Source: Acidobacteriota bacterium (GTDB lineage Bacteria; Acidobacteriota; Thermoanaerobaculia; Thermoanaerobaculales; Sulfomarinibacteraceae). From it: DNA of 64,000 nucleotides. The DNA is taken from NCBI GenBank assembly GCA_024641545.1, contig JAHECW010000001.1:558-64557 (forward strand). The letters are read 5' to 3'. Every line of letters starts with the position of its first letter. Position 1 is the first letter of the stretch. The translations under genes were made by a program, and so were the position numbers. Under the pieces are notes generated by a model, which made no database searches, was not told the DNA's origin, and saw nothing but the letters and a program-made list of their open reading frames with translations. Shown here piece by piece: positions 18,730 to 28,130 of this stretch.

Positions 18730-19974
18730 ATGCGAACCGCGAATCGTGTCGTGATTGCCACCATGCTCCTTGTCTGCGTTTCGTTCGCCGTGGGAGCCGA
18801 GGAGCCGGTCGGCAACAACCTCTCGTACCCGGCGTCGTACACCGTCGGACCTGCCGATACGTATGGGTGGTGGCCGCCCGCCTCCCCTGTTTTCCGGGTC
18901 CACTACTCGTACGGTTGCGACCTGGAGGAGACCATCGATCAGTTCAAGTACCCCAACACCTCGTGCGTGCTCGACGACGAGACAACCTACCTGTTTCCAG
19001 AGGAGTGCATTGAAGACGGCGCACCGTGCGCAGGGTTCACCCTCGATCAACTCGACCTCATCTATTGGCAGAAGGTCGTCGATGTGGAGTGGTCGGCCGA
19101 GACGATCTCGAGCGAACCGCCGGTCGTCGCCGCCTATCTCGATTGGAGCGACAACATCGAGTCCAACACGTGGACGGTGACTTCGGTGATCCGGATCGAG
19201 ACGCAGCCGTATTCCACCTCGATCATCGGATTCGATCCGACGACCGATGAATGTGACGATCCGGATCTCTGCCTGACCGGGTTCGAGATGTGGCACGCGT
19301 CGGGCCACGGCACTACCGAACACTGGGGCGTGAGGGTCGAGAACAACCACACCCCGTTCGAGTACGAGTCTCCGTTCTCCATCATCCACACCCCACGGGC
19401 GCGGCTCAACATCGCCAAGTTGGAGACCACCATGAAAGAGTGCCCGGTTCCCGGCGGGAGCCTCGGCGACCCGCCGCCGGATCTCGATCTCGTGTGGATG
19501 ACGGAGTTGGATCCGAACAACCCGCAAGAGATCTTGTACGGCTGGTGGGAGAACGATGGAGGAGGTATCGACCCGTGCACGCTCGACGACGTCGAGCAGA
19601 CGGTCGAGCTCAACGTCGGCGGAAAGTGGACCTACGGATACAACTGGATGACAAAGAGAATGGACTTCGATGGCTGCGAGGAACTCGGTTTCGAGGATGT
19701 CGAGGGCTGGTGGCGCCTGACGTTCTACACCGAAGACGATTCGGTCGACTTCACCGCTCAAGGACAAGAGTACTGGGACGACCCCGACGTGATCGGACCG
19801 CCGCCGACGATCCCGGCGGAGGCGGTCGCCAAGTCCGAGCCGGCCACCGACGATGCGCTCTATCCGCCCAAGGTCGACACCGTCAACAATCTCACCTACA
19901 TCGACTTCTGCCTGAGCAAAAAGGGTGGTGGCGGAGGTGGAGGATCCGGAGGAAATCACGGGAGCGGCACGTGA
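18730..19974 (+). CDS. Hypothetical secreted protein: acidic, Trp- and Cys-rich, with a Gly-run C-terminal tail
   Basis: AAGGAGG RBS 8 nt upstream. Signal peptide MRTANRVVIATMLLVCVSFAVGA. About 10 Cys in the mature part. Ends KKGGGGGGGSGGNHGSGT. I recognise no family. Confidence 0.6.
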   Translation: MRTANRVVIATMLLVCVSFAVGAEEPVGNNLSYPASYTVGPADTYGWWPPASPVFRVHYSYGCDLEETIDQFKYPNTSCVLDDETTYLFPEECIEDGAPCAGFTLDQLDLIYWQKVVDVEWSAETISSEPPVVAAYLDWSDNIESNTWTVTSVIRIETQPYSTSIIGFDPTTDECDDPDLCLTGFEMWHASGHGTTEHWGVRVENNHTPFEYESPFSIIHTPRARLNIAKLETTMKECPVPGGSLGDPPPDLDLVWMTELDPNNPQEILYGWWENDGGGIDPCTLDDVEQTVELNVGGKWTYGYNWMTKRMDFDGCEELGFEDVEGWWRLTFYTEDDSVDFTAQGQEYWDDPDVIGPPPTIPAEAVAKSEPATDDALYPPKVDTVNNLTYIDFCLSKKGGGGGGGSGGNHGSGT

Positions 19975-20098
19975 GGCGGGGCGCCACCGCAGGTCGGATG
20001 AGCCCGCCGTCCGGGCCCGTTCGTCGCGGCGGTTCAGATTCACCACCGTCGGAACCGGTGGCCCGGCCGACGGTCCGAAAGCAAAAGGAGACCCGATC

Positions 20099-21553
20099 AT
20101 GAAGACCCGGAAACTGCTCCTCGTTTCAGTCGTCGCGCTCTCGCTGGTGCTCCCTTGTTCGCCGGCGTTCGCCCAGACCACGGGACCCGACCGCGGTGGG
20201 CCGGGCGGCGGTCAGGATCCGCCGACCGACGCCTTCGAACTGTACGGCGACCTCTATGTGGTACTCAGGGACACCAACGGTGAGGTGATCCGAGACAAAA
20301 ACGGTTGCGCCCGACCGGTGTACGCGATCGGCGCCGATCCGGCGCCGCCTCAGGATCTCCCTTCCGGACTGAAGTGCGCTCTGGTTCCCTTGTGCGGCGA
20401 TGAAGATGGGGCCTGCATAGTAGAGGCGAAGTCCAGCACGGGCGAGGTCGAGCCCTGCGACGTGTGGGACCCGTACCCTTACATGGAGTACCCGGAGCCG
20501 GATGTCAACCCGCTGTTTGATTTCCTCCAAGAAGTCGATTTCGGCCGCCTCAGCGTCGCGCGGTCGCCGGTTGACGTGATCGACCACGGTTACCTCGAGG
20601 CGGTCAATCGGCTCAATCGGGCGCAGCCCCTCGCGGACGAGTTCGGCGAACCCCTGCCCAACATCGCGACCGACCCCGCCGGAAGGATTCACTACTACGC
20701 GCTGGACGCGGAGACCGGCGAGACCGGATGGTTCACCATCGACGCTCCGTTGGAAAACCTGGGCCTTTATGACCGGATCATGAAGTTCGGCACCCTGCTC
20801 CGGGTGGAGTACGTTCGGGTCGAACAAACTCAGATGTTCGTCGTCGAAGAGACGGCTCCCGACTGGGACCGCTATGTTCTCGCCGACGAACTGCAGAGCC
20901 TCCACCCGTGTTGGCCCGGTTCGCCGGACTCGTGCGATCCCTACGACACCTGCGATCCCTACTCGGGCGAGGGCGCCCTCGACAACTGCGACTCTCTGCT
21001 CAACCCGACCGGGGAAGACATCTTGATCGGGGCGTCGACCTTCGCGGCGGCAGGCGACAAGACCGGTCTCTTCACCACCGACGCGCTGATCCATGTCAAT
21101 ACCTACCTCGGGATCAATGACCTCGAGTCAGACCCGGAGGAGTACTTCCCGTACGCGTCGCTCCTCGTTGTCCCGTACGATCGCTACACCCAGTTCGGCA
21201 GCAAGGCTCCGGTTCCGCTGCTGCAACCCTATCCCGAGGATTGGACCTGCGTCGCCGGACCCGGCATCCTCTCGGATTACCCCTGTTTCTACGTCGCGGA
21301 AGTCGTCGCCTACCAAACAGCGAACTTCCATGACATTCCGCACTGCACCGATTGGGACACCGACTTCTTCTACCCGGGAGATTCGGATGACGGTCCCGCG
21401 ATCGACGTGATCTTCGAAAGTTCGCTCGAGGCAATGGGTTATGACGCCGAGCACCTCGGCCAGGCCCAGCAGGTAGCCCAGGCCGCCGAGGACGCCCGGG
21501 CCATCATCTGGTACATCCACAACTGGGCGGTACCGGCCCTGAGCAATCCGTAG
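20099..21553 (+). CDS. Hypothetical secreted protein: acidic, Pro/Asp/Cys-rich
   Basis: AAAAGGAG RBS. Signal peptide MKTRKLLLVSVVALSLVLPCSPAFA. Clustered Cys (CALVPLCGDEDGAC, CWPGSPDSCDPYDTCDPY). I recognise no family. Start moved from 19925 to 20099. Confidence 0.6.
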   Translation: MKTRKLLLVSVVALSLVLPCSPAFAQTTGPDRGGPGGGQDPPTDAFELYGDLYVVLRDTNGEVIRDKNGCARPVYAIGADPAPPQDLPSGLKCALVPLCGDEDGACIVEAKSSTGEVEPCDVWDPYPYMEYPEPDVNPLFDFLQEVDFGRLSVARSPVDVIDHGYLEAVNRLNRAQPLADEFGEPLPNIATDPAGRIHYYALDAETGETGWFTIDAPLENLGLYDRIMKFGTLLRVEYVRVEQTQMFVVEETAPDWDRYVLADELQSLHPCWPGSPDSCDPYDTCDPYSGEGALDNCDSLLNPTGEDILIGASTFAAAGDKTGLFTTDALIHVNTYLGINDLESDPEEYFPYASLLVVPYDRYTQFGSKAPVPLLQPYPEDWTCVAGPGILSDYPCFYVAEVVAYQTANFHDIPHCTDWDTDFFYPGDSDDGPAIDVIFESSLEAMGYDAEHLGQAQQVAQAAEDARAIIWYIHNWAVPALSNP

Positions 21554-21839
21554 AAACACTTCGTCTGTTAGGGTTGTCGACACCTTAGCCCCCGGGCCCG
21601 ATCGGTCTGCATCCCCCGCAGCCGGTCGGGTCCTCCTTGTCGTCGGTTGGGTTGCGGACCGGGCGCCGTCCTCGGGAGGGGCTCGCGCCGCCGTCCTCAT
21701 CCGCCGCGCCTTCGACGGGGCTTTCCACCGTCGGACCGGACCTGCAGGCCGCGACTGCTCGGCGCCGGGTGGCGTCGTCGACGCCGGTCGTCGAGAGCAC
21801 GACCTCGGCTTTCTCTGGCTGGCGGCCGGCTCGAATCGG

Positions 21840-24800
21840 TCAGTCCCTGAGTCCCTTGAGCTCGGTGCGCCGCTTCCACAGCTTGTAGATCGGGGGGTAC
21901 ACCAGGAGTTCGAGCACGAACGAGGTGACCAGGCCGCCGATCATCGGTGCGGCGATGCGTTTCATGACGTCGGCCCCGGCCGAGGTCGACCACATGATCG
22001 GCAGCAAGCCCATGAAAGCGGCCGTCACCGTCATCATCTTGGGCCGAACCCGCTTGACCGCACCGTGGATGATCGCCTCGTCGGCGTCCGCCAGCGTCTT
22101 GAGCAGTCCGCGCTTGCGGTAGTCGTCCCAGGAGAGGTCGAGGAAGAGAAGCATGAACACCCCGGTCTCGGCGTCGAGTCCGAGCAGAGCGATCATCCCG
22201 ACCCAGGCCGCGATGGAGACGTTGTATCCGAGGAAGTGGAACAGCCAGATGGCGCCGACGGCCGAGAATGGCACTGCGAGCATCACAACGGCCGCCTTGA
22301 ACGCCGATCTGGTGTTCAGGTAGAGGAGCAGAAAGATCAGAGCCAGCGTGATCGGCACGATCAGCTTGAGTCGCTCGCGGACGCGCAGCATGTTCTCGTA
22401 CTGACCGGACCACAGCAGCACATATCCGGGCTTGAGCTCGAGTTGCTCCCGCACCGCCCTCTTGGCCTCCTCGACGTAGCCGCCGACGTCGCGGCCGGTG
22501 ATGTCGACGTAGACGTAACCGGCCAGAAATCCATTCTCGTCGCGGAGCATGGCCGGTCCTTGAACGAGCTCGATGTCGGCGAGCTGGGCGAGCGGGACCT
22601 GGGCGCCCGACGGCGTCGCCACCAGCACCCGTCCGAGCCGGCCCACATCGTCGCGCAGCTCGCGCGGATAGCGGATGTTGACCGGGTAGCGCTCACGCCC
22701 CTCGACAGTGGTGGTGACGTTGTCGCCACCGATGGCGCTCATGATCACGTCCTGGACCTGAGACACGGTCAGCCCGTGGCGGGCGAGCTGGTCGCGGCGC
22801 GGGACGATGTCGACGAAAAAGCCGCCGGTCACACGCTCGGCGAACACGCTGCGGGTCCCGGGGATCTCGCGCATGATCGCCTCGAGATGTTCGCCGACGC
22901 GCTGGATCTCCTTGAGATCGGCGCCGAAGACCTTGATGCCGATGGGCGTGCGCACTCCGGTCGTGAGCATGTCGGTGCGGGCCTTGATGGGCATGGTCCA
23001 GGCGTTGGTCACGCCGGGGATGCGGAGGGCGCGGTCCATCTTGTCGACCAGCTCCTCCCAGGAGATGTGATCCGGCCACAGGGGCCGCAGGAGACGTTTG
23101 AGCCAGTCCGGCGCCCATCCCGAGTACCAGCGCGGCTTCGCCTCCCACTCGCTCTCCGGTTTGAGAACGATGGTCGTTTCCATCATCGAGAACGGCGCCG
23201 GATCGGTCGAGGTCGCGGCGCGACCGGCCTTGCCGAACACCCGCTCGACCTCGGCGAACGACTTGATGACCCGATCCTGGGTTTCGAGCAGCTCCCTGGC
23301 CTGTTCCACGGCGATTCCCGGCAGGGTGGTCGGCATGTACAGGATCGTGCCCTCGTTCAAGGGCGGCATGAACTCGGAACCGAGCTTGAAGTAGAACGGG
23401 ACCGACACCGCGACCAGAGCGATCGCGGTCGCGATCACGAGCTTGGGGAAACGGAGCACGAAGCGGCACAGAGGCTCGTAGACCGCAAACAGCAGCCGGC
23501 TGATCGGGTGCTTCTCCTCGGCGTAGTAGGTGCCGACCAGGGTCTTGGTGGCCAGCCAGGACAGGAAGCGCGGCTTGAAGGTGAAGGGGTCCATCCGGGT
23601 GAAGAGCATGCGCATCGCCGGGTCGAGGGTGATGGCGAGGAGCGCTGCCAGGGCCATGGCCAGGTTCTTCGAGATGGCCAGCGGCTTGAACAGCCGGCCT
23701 TCCTGGTCAACCAGGGCGAACACCGGCAGAAACGCCACCGCAATCACCAACAGGGAGAAGAAGACCGAGGGTCCGACCTCCATGAGCGCCTCGAGGCGGA
23801 CCGTGTGAAAGTCCCCCTTGCGTCCGCCGGCCTCCCAGAGGTGGAGCTTGTTGTACGCGTTCTCCACCTCGACGATGGCGCCGTCGACCAGGACGCCGAT
23901 GGAGATGGCGATGCCGGCCAACGACATGATGTTGATCGTGACGCCCATGAAGTACATCGGTATGAAGGCGAGAAGGACCGAGATCGGGATGGTGAGGATC
24001 GGCACCGCGGCCGAGGGGATGTGCCATAAGAAGAGGAGGATGACGAACGCGACGATGATCATCTCGACGGTCAGCTCGTGCTTGAGGGTCTCGATCGCGC
24101 GGTGGATCAGATCCGAGCGGTCGTAGGTGGTGACCACCTCGACCCCTTTGGGCAGGGAGGGCTCGATCTCCCGGAGCCTGTCCTTGACGCGGTCGATCAC
24201 GTTGAGGGCATTCTCACCGTGGCGCATCACCACAATGCCTCCGACGTGATCGCCGAGCCCGTCGAGATCCGAAATCCCACGGCGGATCTCCGGCCCGAGG
24301 CCGACCTGAGCGATGTCCTTGAGGAGCACCGGCACGCCGCCCGGACCGACCTTGACGACGACCTGTTCGAAGTCCTCGATGGCGCGGGCGTAGCCGCGGC
24401 CACGCACCATGAACTCGGTGCCGGCGAACTCGAGAAGCCGCCCGCCGACCTCGTTGTTCGAGGCGCGGACCGCAGCGACCACCATTTCGAGCGGAATCCG
24501 GTAGGCCGCCAGCCGGTTGGGATCGACCGTGACCTGATACTGGCGGACAAACCCACCGATGGAGGCGACCTCCGCCACTCCCGGGACCGACTGGAGGGCG
24601 TAGCCCAGGGTCCAGTCCTGGTAGGAGCGGAGCTGGTCCAGGGAGTGCGTGCCGGAGCGGTCGACGAGGGCGTACTGAAAGACCCAGCCGACGCCCGTGG
24701 CGTCCGGTCCGAGCTCGGTCTCCACCCCGTCGGGGAGCCGCGACTGGATTTTGGAGAGGTACTCCAGCACTCGCGAACGCGCCCAGTACAGGTCCGTACC

Positions 24801-25094
24801 GTCCTGGAAGATGACGTAGACATAGGAAAAGCCGAAGTCTGAGAAGCCGCGGATCGCCTTCACCTTCGGCGCCCCCAGCAACGACGAGATGATCGGGTAG
24901 GTGACCTGGTCCTCGATGATGTCCGGCGAGCGGTCCCAGCGCGAGTAGACGATCACCTGGGTGTCGGAAAGGTCGGGCAGGGCGTCGAGCCGGATCCGCG
25001 CCAGGGTGTTGCCGGCGAAGATGCACAGCGCGGCCACGCCGAGCAGGATCAGCATCCTGTTGTGGGCGGAAAACTCGATGATCCGCCTGATCAT
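21840..25094 (-). CDS. cusA: Heavy-metal efflux RND transporter, CusA/CzcA family
   Basis: 1084 aa. N-terminus MIRRIIEFSAHNRMLILLG...ALPDLSDTQVIVYS..., typical of the HME-RND family. Start overlaps the cusB stop (ATGA). Confidence 0.9.
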   Translation of the reverse strand: MIRRIIEFSAHNRMLILLGVAALCIFAGNTLARIRLDALPDLSDTQVIVYSRWDRSPDIIEDQVTYPIISSLLGAPKVKAIRGFSDFGFSYVYVIFQDGTDLYWARSRVLEYLSKIQSRLPDGVETELGPDATGVGWVFQYALVDRSGTHSLDQLRSYQDWTLGYALQSVPGVAEVASIGGFVRQYQVTVDPNRLAAYRIPLEMVVAAVRASNNEVGGRLLEFAGTEFMVRGRGYARAIEDFEQVVVKVGPGGVPVLLKDIAQVGLGPEIRRGISDLDGLGDHVGGIVVMRHGENALNVIDRVKDRLREIEPSLPKGVEVVTTYDRSDLIHRAIETLKHELTVEMIIVAFVILLFLWHIPSAAVPILTIPISVLLAFIPMYFMGVTINIMSLAGIAISIGVLVDGAIVEVENAYNKLHLWEAGGRKGDFHTVRLEALMEVGPSVFFSLLVIAVAFLPVFALVDQEGRLFKPLAISKNLAMALAALLAITLDPAMRMLFTRMDPFTFKPRFLSWLATKTLVGTYYAEEKHPISRLLFAVYEPLCRFVLRFPKLVIATAIALVAVSVPFYFKLGSEFMPPLNEGTILYMPTTLPGIAVEQARELLETQDRVIKSFAEVERVFGKAGRAATSTDPAPFSMMETTIVLKPESEWEAKPRWYSGWAPDWLKRLLRPLWPDHISWEELVDKMDRALRIPGVTNAWTMPIKARTDMLTTGVRTPIGIKVFGADLKEIQRVGEHLEAIMREIPGTRSVFAERVTGGFFVDIVPRRDQLARHGLTVSQVQDVIMSAIGGDNVTTTVEGRERYPVNIRYPRELRDDVGRLGRVLVATPSGAQVPLAQLADIELVQGPAMLRDENGFLAGYVYVDITGRDVGGYVEEAKRAVREQLELKPGYVLLWSGQYENMLRVRERLKLIVPITLALIFLLLYLNTRSAFKAAVVMLAVPFSAVGAIWLFHFLGYNVSIAAWVGMIALLGLDAETGVFMLLFLDLSWDDYRKRGLLKTLADADEAIIHGAVKRVRPKMMTVTAAFMGLLPIMWSTSAGADVMKRIAAPMIGGLVTSFVLELLVYPPIYKLWKRRTELKGLRD

Positions 25095-26641
25095 CGGTCG
25101 CCTCCGCGCTGGTGGCCTCCCGAGCCCATGCCGGCAATGGCCGCCCGGAGCCCCGACTCGGAATCGAGGAGGAAGTTGGCGCGGATCACGACCTGTTCAC
25201 CTTCGGAGAGCCCGGACAGGACCAGGACCTTGCCCCGACCTCGGACGCCGACCTCAACCTGGCGCGGAACGAACGTGTCCGCTGACCGACGCACGAACAC
25301 CACCTGCCGTTCGCCGGTGTCCATGAGCGCTGACGCGGGTATCACGATCCCCTCGCTGTCCTCGACCGCGAGCTCGACGTCGGCGAACATGCCGGGCTTC
25401 AGGACCAGGCCGGGGTTGGCGAACTCGAAGCGGACCTTGAGGGTGCGCGTCGAAGGGTCGAGGGTCGGGTAGATGAACGCGATGCGGCCGGAGAGACGCA
25501 CACCCGGGTCGTAGGGCAGGCGGACCGTAGCCTGTTCGCCCAATCGCAGGGCGGCCGCCTCGTACTCGTAGAAGTCGGCCTCGACCCACAGTCTCGAGAG
25601 ATCGGTGATCGTGAACAGCTCCTTGCCCGGCTCGACCTGTTGCCCCTCGAAGACGTCCTTGGCGGTGACGTAGCCGGAGACCGGAGCGAGCAGGGTGACC
25701 GCCCGCTGCACGACGCCGCTCCTCTCGAGCTCGGCGACGAAGCTCGCCGGAACATCGAAGAGCTCGAGGCGGCGGCGGGCGGCCTTGAGCAGGTCCTCGG
25801 CGCCGCTGCGAACCTCGGGCAGCTCGGACGCTGCGAATCGGGCCGCGGTCTCCCGCACCCGGAGCAGCTCTTCCTGGGTCGCGACCAGCTCTTGGGAGTA
25901 GATCGAGAGGATCGGCTCGCCCTGTTGCACCAGCTGCCCGGTGAAGCTGACGAAGAGTTTCTCGACCCAACCCGGGATCTTGGTGTGGACGTGGCGGATC
26001 CGGGTCTCGTCCGGCACCACGCTGCCGACGGTGCGCACGCTTCGGGCGAGTCGCTCGCGGACCGCCGGCGCCGTCTGCACCCCCGCGAGGAGCAGCCCCC
26101 CGGGCGAAACCTCGACCGTTGCCAGCCCGGGCACCGCGCCTGCCGCGGCCGTCTGCCCGTCGGCAAAGACCGGGAGGAAGTCCATGCCCATCTGGTCCTG
26201 GGCCGGCACCGGCGAGGTGATGGTCGGGTCCATCGGGCTGCGGTAGTAAAGCACCTTGCGTTCACCCGGAGCCGCGGCATGACCCGCCCGATCCCCCGCC
26301 GCAGCGGGGGTGGCGGAGGCCGGCGCCGGCATGGCGTCGCCGGTGGCGACCAGCTTCATCCCGCATTTCGAGCATCTACCGGGCGTGTCCGATGTCACTT
26401 CCGGGTGCATCGGGCAGACGTACGCCGGAACGGACGTCGGGGCTGTCCGGGTCTCGACCGGCACCAGGCGCATGCCGCAGATCGGGCAGTCGCCGGGCCG
26501 GTCCGATAGAAACGTCGGGTGCATCGGGCAGTGGTAGGTTGCATCCGATTCGGCCTTGTCAGCACAGGCTGCGGTGAGCAACACGGCCAGCACACCGAGC
26601 ATGACGGCGGCCGTCCAGCAGACTCTGCGCATCGTGCCCAT
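25091..26641 (-). CDS. cusB: Efflux RND periplasmic adaptor (CusB-like) with two N-terminal heavy-metal-binding modules
   Basis: YHCPMHPTFLSDRPGDCPICGMRLVP and YVCPMHPEVTSDTPGRCSKCGMKLV, followed by a membrane-fusion-protein core (VTAKDVFEGQQVEPGKELFTI...). Confidence 0.85.
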   Translation of the reverse strand: MGTMRRVCWTAAVMLGVLAVLLTAACADKAESDATYHCPMHPTFLSDRPGDCPICGMRLVPVETRTAPTSVPAYVCPMHPEVTSDTPGRCSKCGMKLVATGDAMPAPASATPAAAGDRAGHAAAPGERKVLYYRSPMDPTITSPVPAQDQMGMDFLPVFADGQTAAAGAVPGLATVEVSPGGLLLAGVQTAPAVRERLARSVRTVGSVVPDETRIRHVHTKIPGWVEKLFVSFTGQLVQQGEPILSIYSQELVATQEELLRVRETAARFAASELPEVRSGAEDLLKAARRRLELFDVPASFVAELERSGVVQRAVTLLAPVSGYVTAKDVFEGQQVEPGKELFTITDLSRLWVEADFYEYEAAALRLGEQATVRLPYDPGVRLSGRIAFIYPTLDPSTRTLKVRFEFANPGLVLKPGMFADVELAVEDSEGIVIPASALMDTGERQVVFVRRSADTFVPRQVEVGVRGRGKVLVLSGLSEGEQVVIRANFLLDSESGLRAAIAGMGSGGHQRGGDR

Positions 26642-26642
26642 T

Positions 26643-27935
26643 TCACTCCTCCGATCCAGATCCGGCTCCTGATTCAGTCTCCGTCTCCACCGCCAGGGCC
26701 TGCAGCTCGGCCCACACCGTGTAGCGGTCGGCCTGGCGCCGAGCCAGCTCGACCCGCGCCTCGATCCACAGCTCGAAGTCCTCGATCACGGTCGAGAAGT
26801 CGCCTCTGCCGGTGAGGTAGGAGGATCGGGCCGCGTCAACAGCAGCGCTCGTCTGGGGCACGATGGCCTCTCGGTAGCGCACGATCTGCAGCTCGGCCCG
26901 TTGCCAGTCGGCTTCCAGCCGGGCGGCCTCGGAACGAGCGACCGCTTCGGCCTCGCGGAGCTCGGCACGGGCCAGCTTGAGCTCGTGCTCGGCCGCACGA
27001 ATCATCGGTTCCTGTTTGGTTCGACGCCACAGCGGCCACTCCAGACCGAAGCTCAGCGTCAGCACCGGTTCGAGCCCACCGCGCAGGCCGAGACCGGCGC
27101 CCGTCAAGAAATCCGGCTTGAGGTCGAGCCGGGCGACGTCGAGCCGCTTCTCCGCCGCGGCGACGGCCGAGCGGGCGATCGTGATCTCGGTCGAAGCGGC
27201 CAGCGCCGCCTGCTCCCACGGGAGGGGCGGGGCTTCTACCGGCGGCAGGGCCCGCACCTCACCGAGAGGCTGCCGACCCGGGCGGTCGAGCAGACGGTTG
27301 AGACCCGCAACCAGGAGCGCTCGCTCGGCGGTCAGGTCATCGGCCCTCTCCGCCAACCGAGACACCTCGAGCATCGCCTTGACCACCGCCTCCTGCTCCG
27401 TCCCGCCGACCCCGTAGCGGATGACGGCGGTCTCGGCGAGGAGGTCGAGGAGCTCCCGCGCGGAGTCGAGCTCAGCGCGTTCCCGGTCGAGGATGAAGAC
27501 CCGCGCGTAGAGGGTGCGGACCTCGACCACCAGCCGGCGCCGGACCCGCTCCAGCTCGTCGGCGCGGACGGCGACGACGGCCTGGGCCGACTGCCGCCGC
27601 GCCTCCCGCTTTCCCGGGTAGGGCAGGCTCTGGCGCACCTGGGGACCGATCATGGACATTTCCATGCTCCCCACGGTGAATCGCGGGAAACCGGCGTTCT
27701 GGAGCACGAGCTCGACCATCGGGTCGGGCAGCGCGCCGGCCGGCGCGACCATCTCTCTCGACGCCGCGAGCCGTTCCTCGACCGCCTCGATGGACGGCGA
27801 GCGATCGAGGGCCAGAGCGACCAGTTCCCCCACCGGGGGCGCCGGCTCGCAGGTCTCGCCGGCGGACGCGATCGAGGCAATGAGGCAGGCGCCGACGGCC
27901 AACGGTAACGACCAGCGGTGCCGAGCGATCATCAA
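26643..27935 (-). CDS. TolC-family outer membrane efflux protein (CusC-like)
   Basis: 430 aa. Signal peptide, long coiled-coil-rich repeats, and first position in the operon with cusBA. Confidence 0.8.
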   Translation of the reverse strand: MMIARHRWSLPLAVGACLIASIASAGETCEPAPPVGELVALALDRSPSIEAVEERLAASREMVAPAGALPDPMVELVLQNAGFPRFTVGSMEMSMIGPQVRQSLPYPGKREARRQSAQAVVAVRADELERVRRRLVVEVRTLYARVFILDRERAELDSARELLDLLAETAVIRYGVGGTEQEAVVKAMLEVSRLAERADDLTAERALLVAGLNRLLDRPGRQPLGEVRALPPVEAPPLPWEQAALAASTEITIARSAVAAAEKRLDVARLDLKPDFLTGAGLGLRGGLEPVLTLSFGLEWPLWRRTKQEPMIRAAEHELKLARAELREAEAVARSEAARLEADWQRAELQIVRYREAIVPQTSAAVDAARSSYLTGRGDFSTVIEDFELWIEARVELARRQADRYTVWAELQALAVETETESGAGSGSEE

Positions 27936-28020
27936 GAAGCTCCTCGTGGGTAGTCGTGCCGTTCAAGTCTGCGGGCCGAGCGCACCTTTGCCGTGTTGAT
28001 CGATGTGATCATGGTACACC

Positions 28021-28033
28021 CACCTGACAGGTG
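28021..28033. promoter_or_regulatory. 13-bp palindrome CACCTGaCAGGTG upstream of the cus operon
   Basis: Perfect 6-bp arms, 86-98 nt upstream of the cusC-like start. A second inverted repeat, TGATC-N5-GATCA, lies at 27996-28010. Confidence 0.3.
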
Positions 28034-28130
28034 CCAACGGTCACTCCAGATCATCCGCCGGTGGCGAAAGAGTCCAGAGGTCAGATTGCGGTCCGCGGCG
28101 GCGCCCGGTCGATGCGCGCCGGCCCGCCGG

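Noticed and set aside
19921-19956. Gly-codon run (GGTGGTGGCGGAGGTGGAGGATCCGGAGGA) at the 3' end of 18730..19974, considered as a slipped-strand phase-variation tract.
   Set aside because: The codons are mixed (GGT/GGC/GGA/TCC) rather than a pure homopolymer or short tandem repeat, so slippage is unlikely. It is more simply a flexible Gly-rich tail.
25091-26641. Repeated CPMHP...CxxCGM modules in the adaptor protein, considered as a novel metal-binding repeat.
   Set aside because: Tandem heavy-metal-binding modules of this type at the N-terminus of CusB-like adaptors are an established feature, so I noted them only as annotation.
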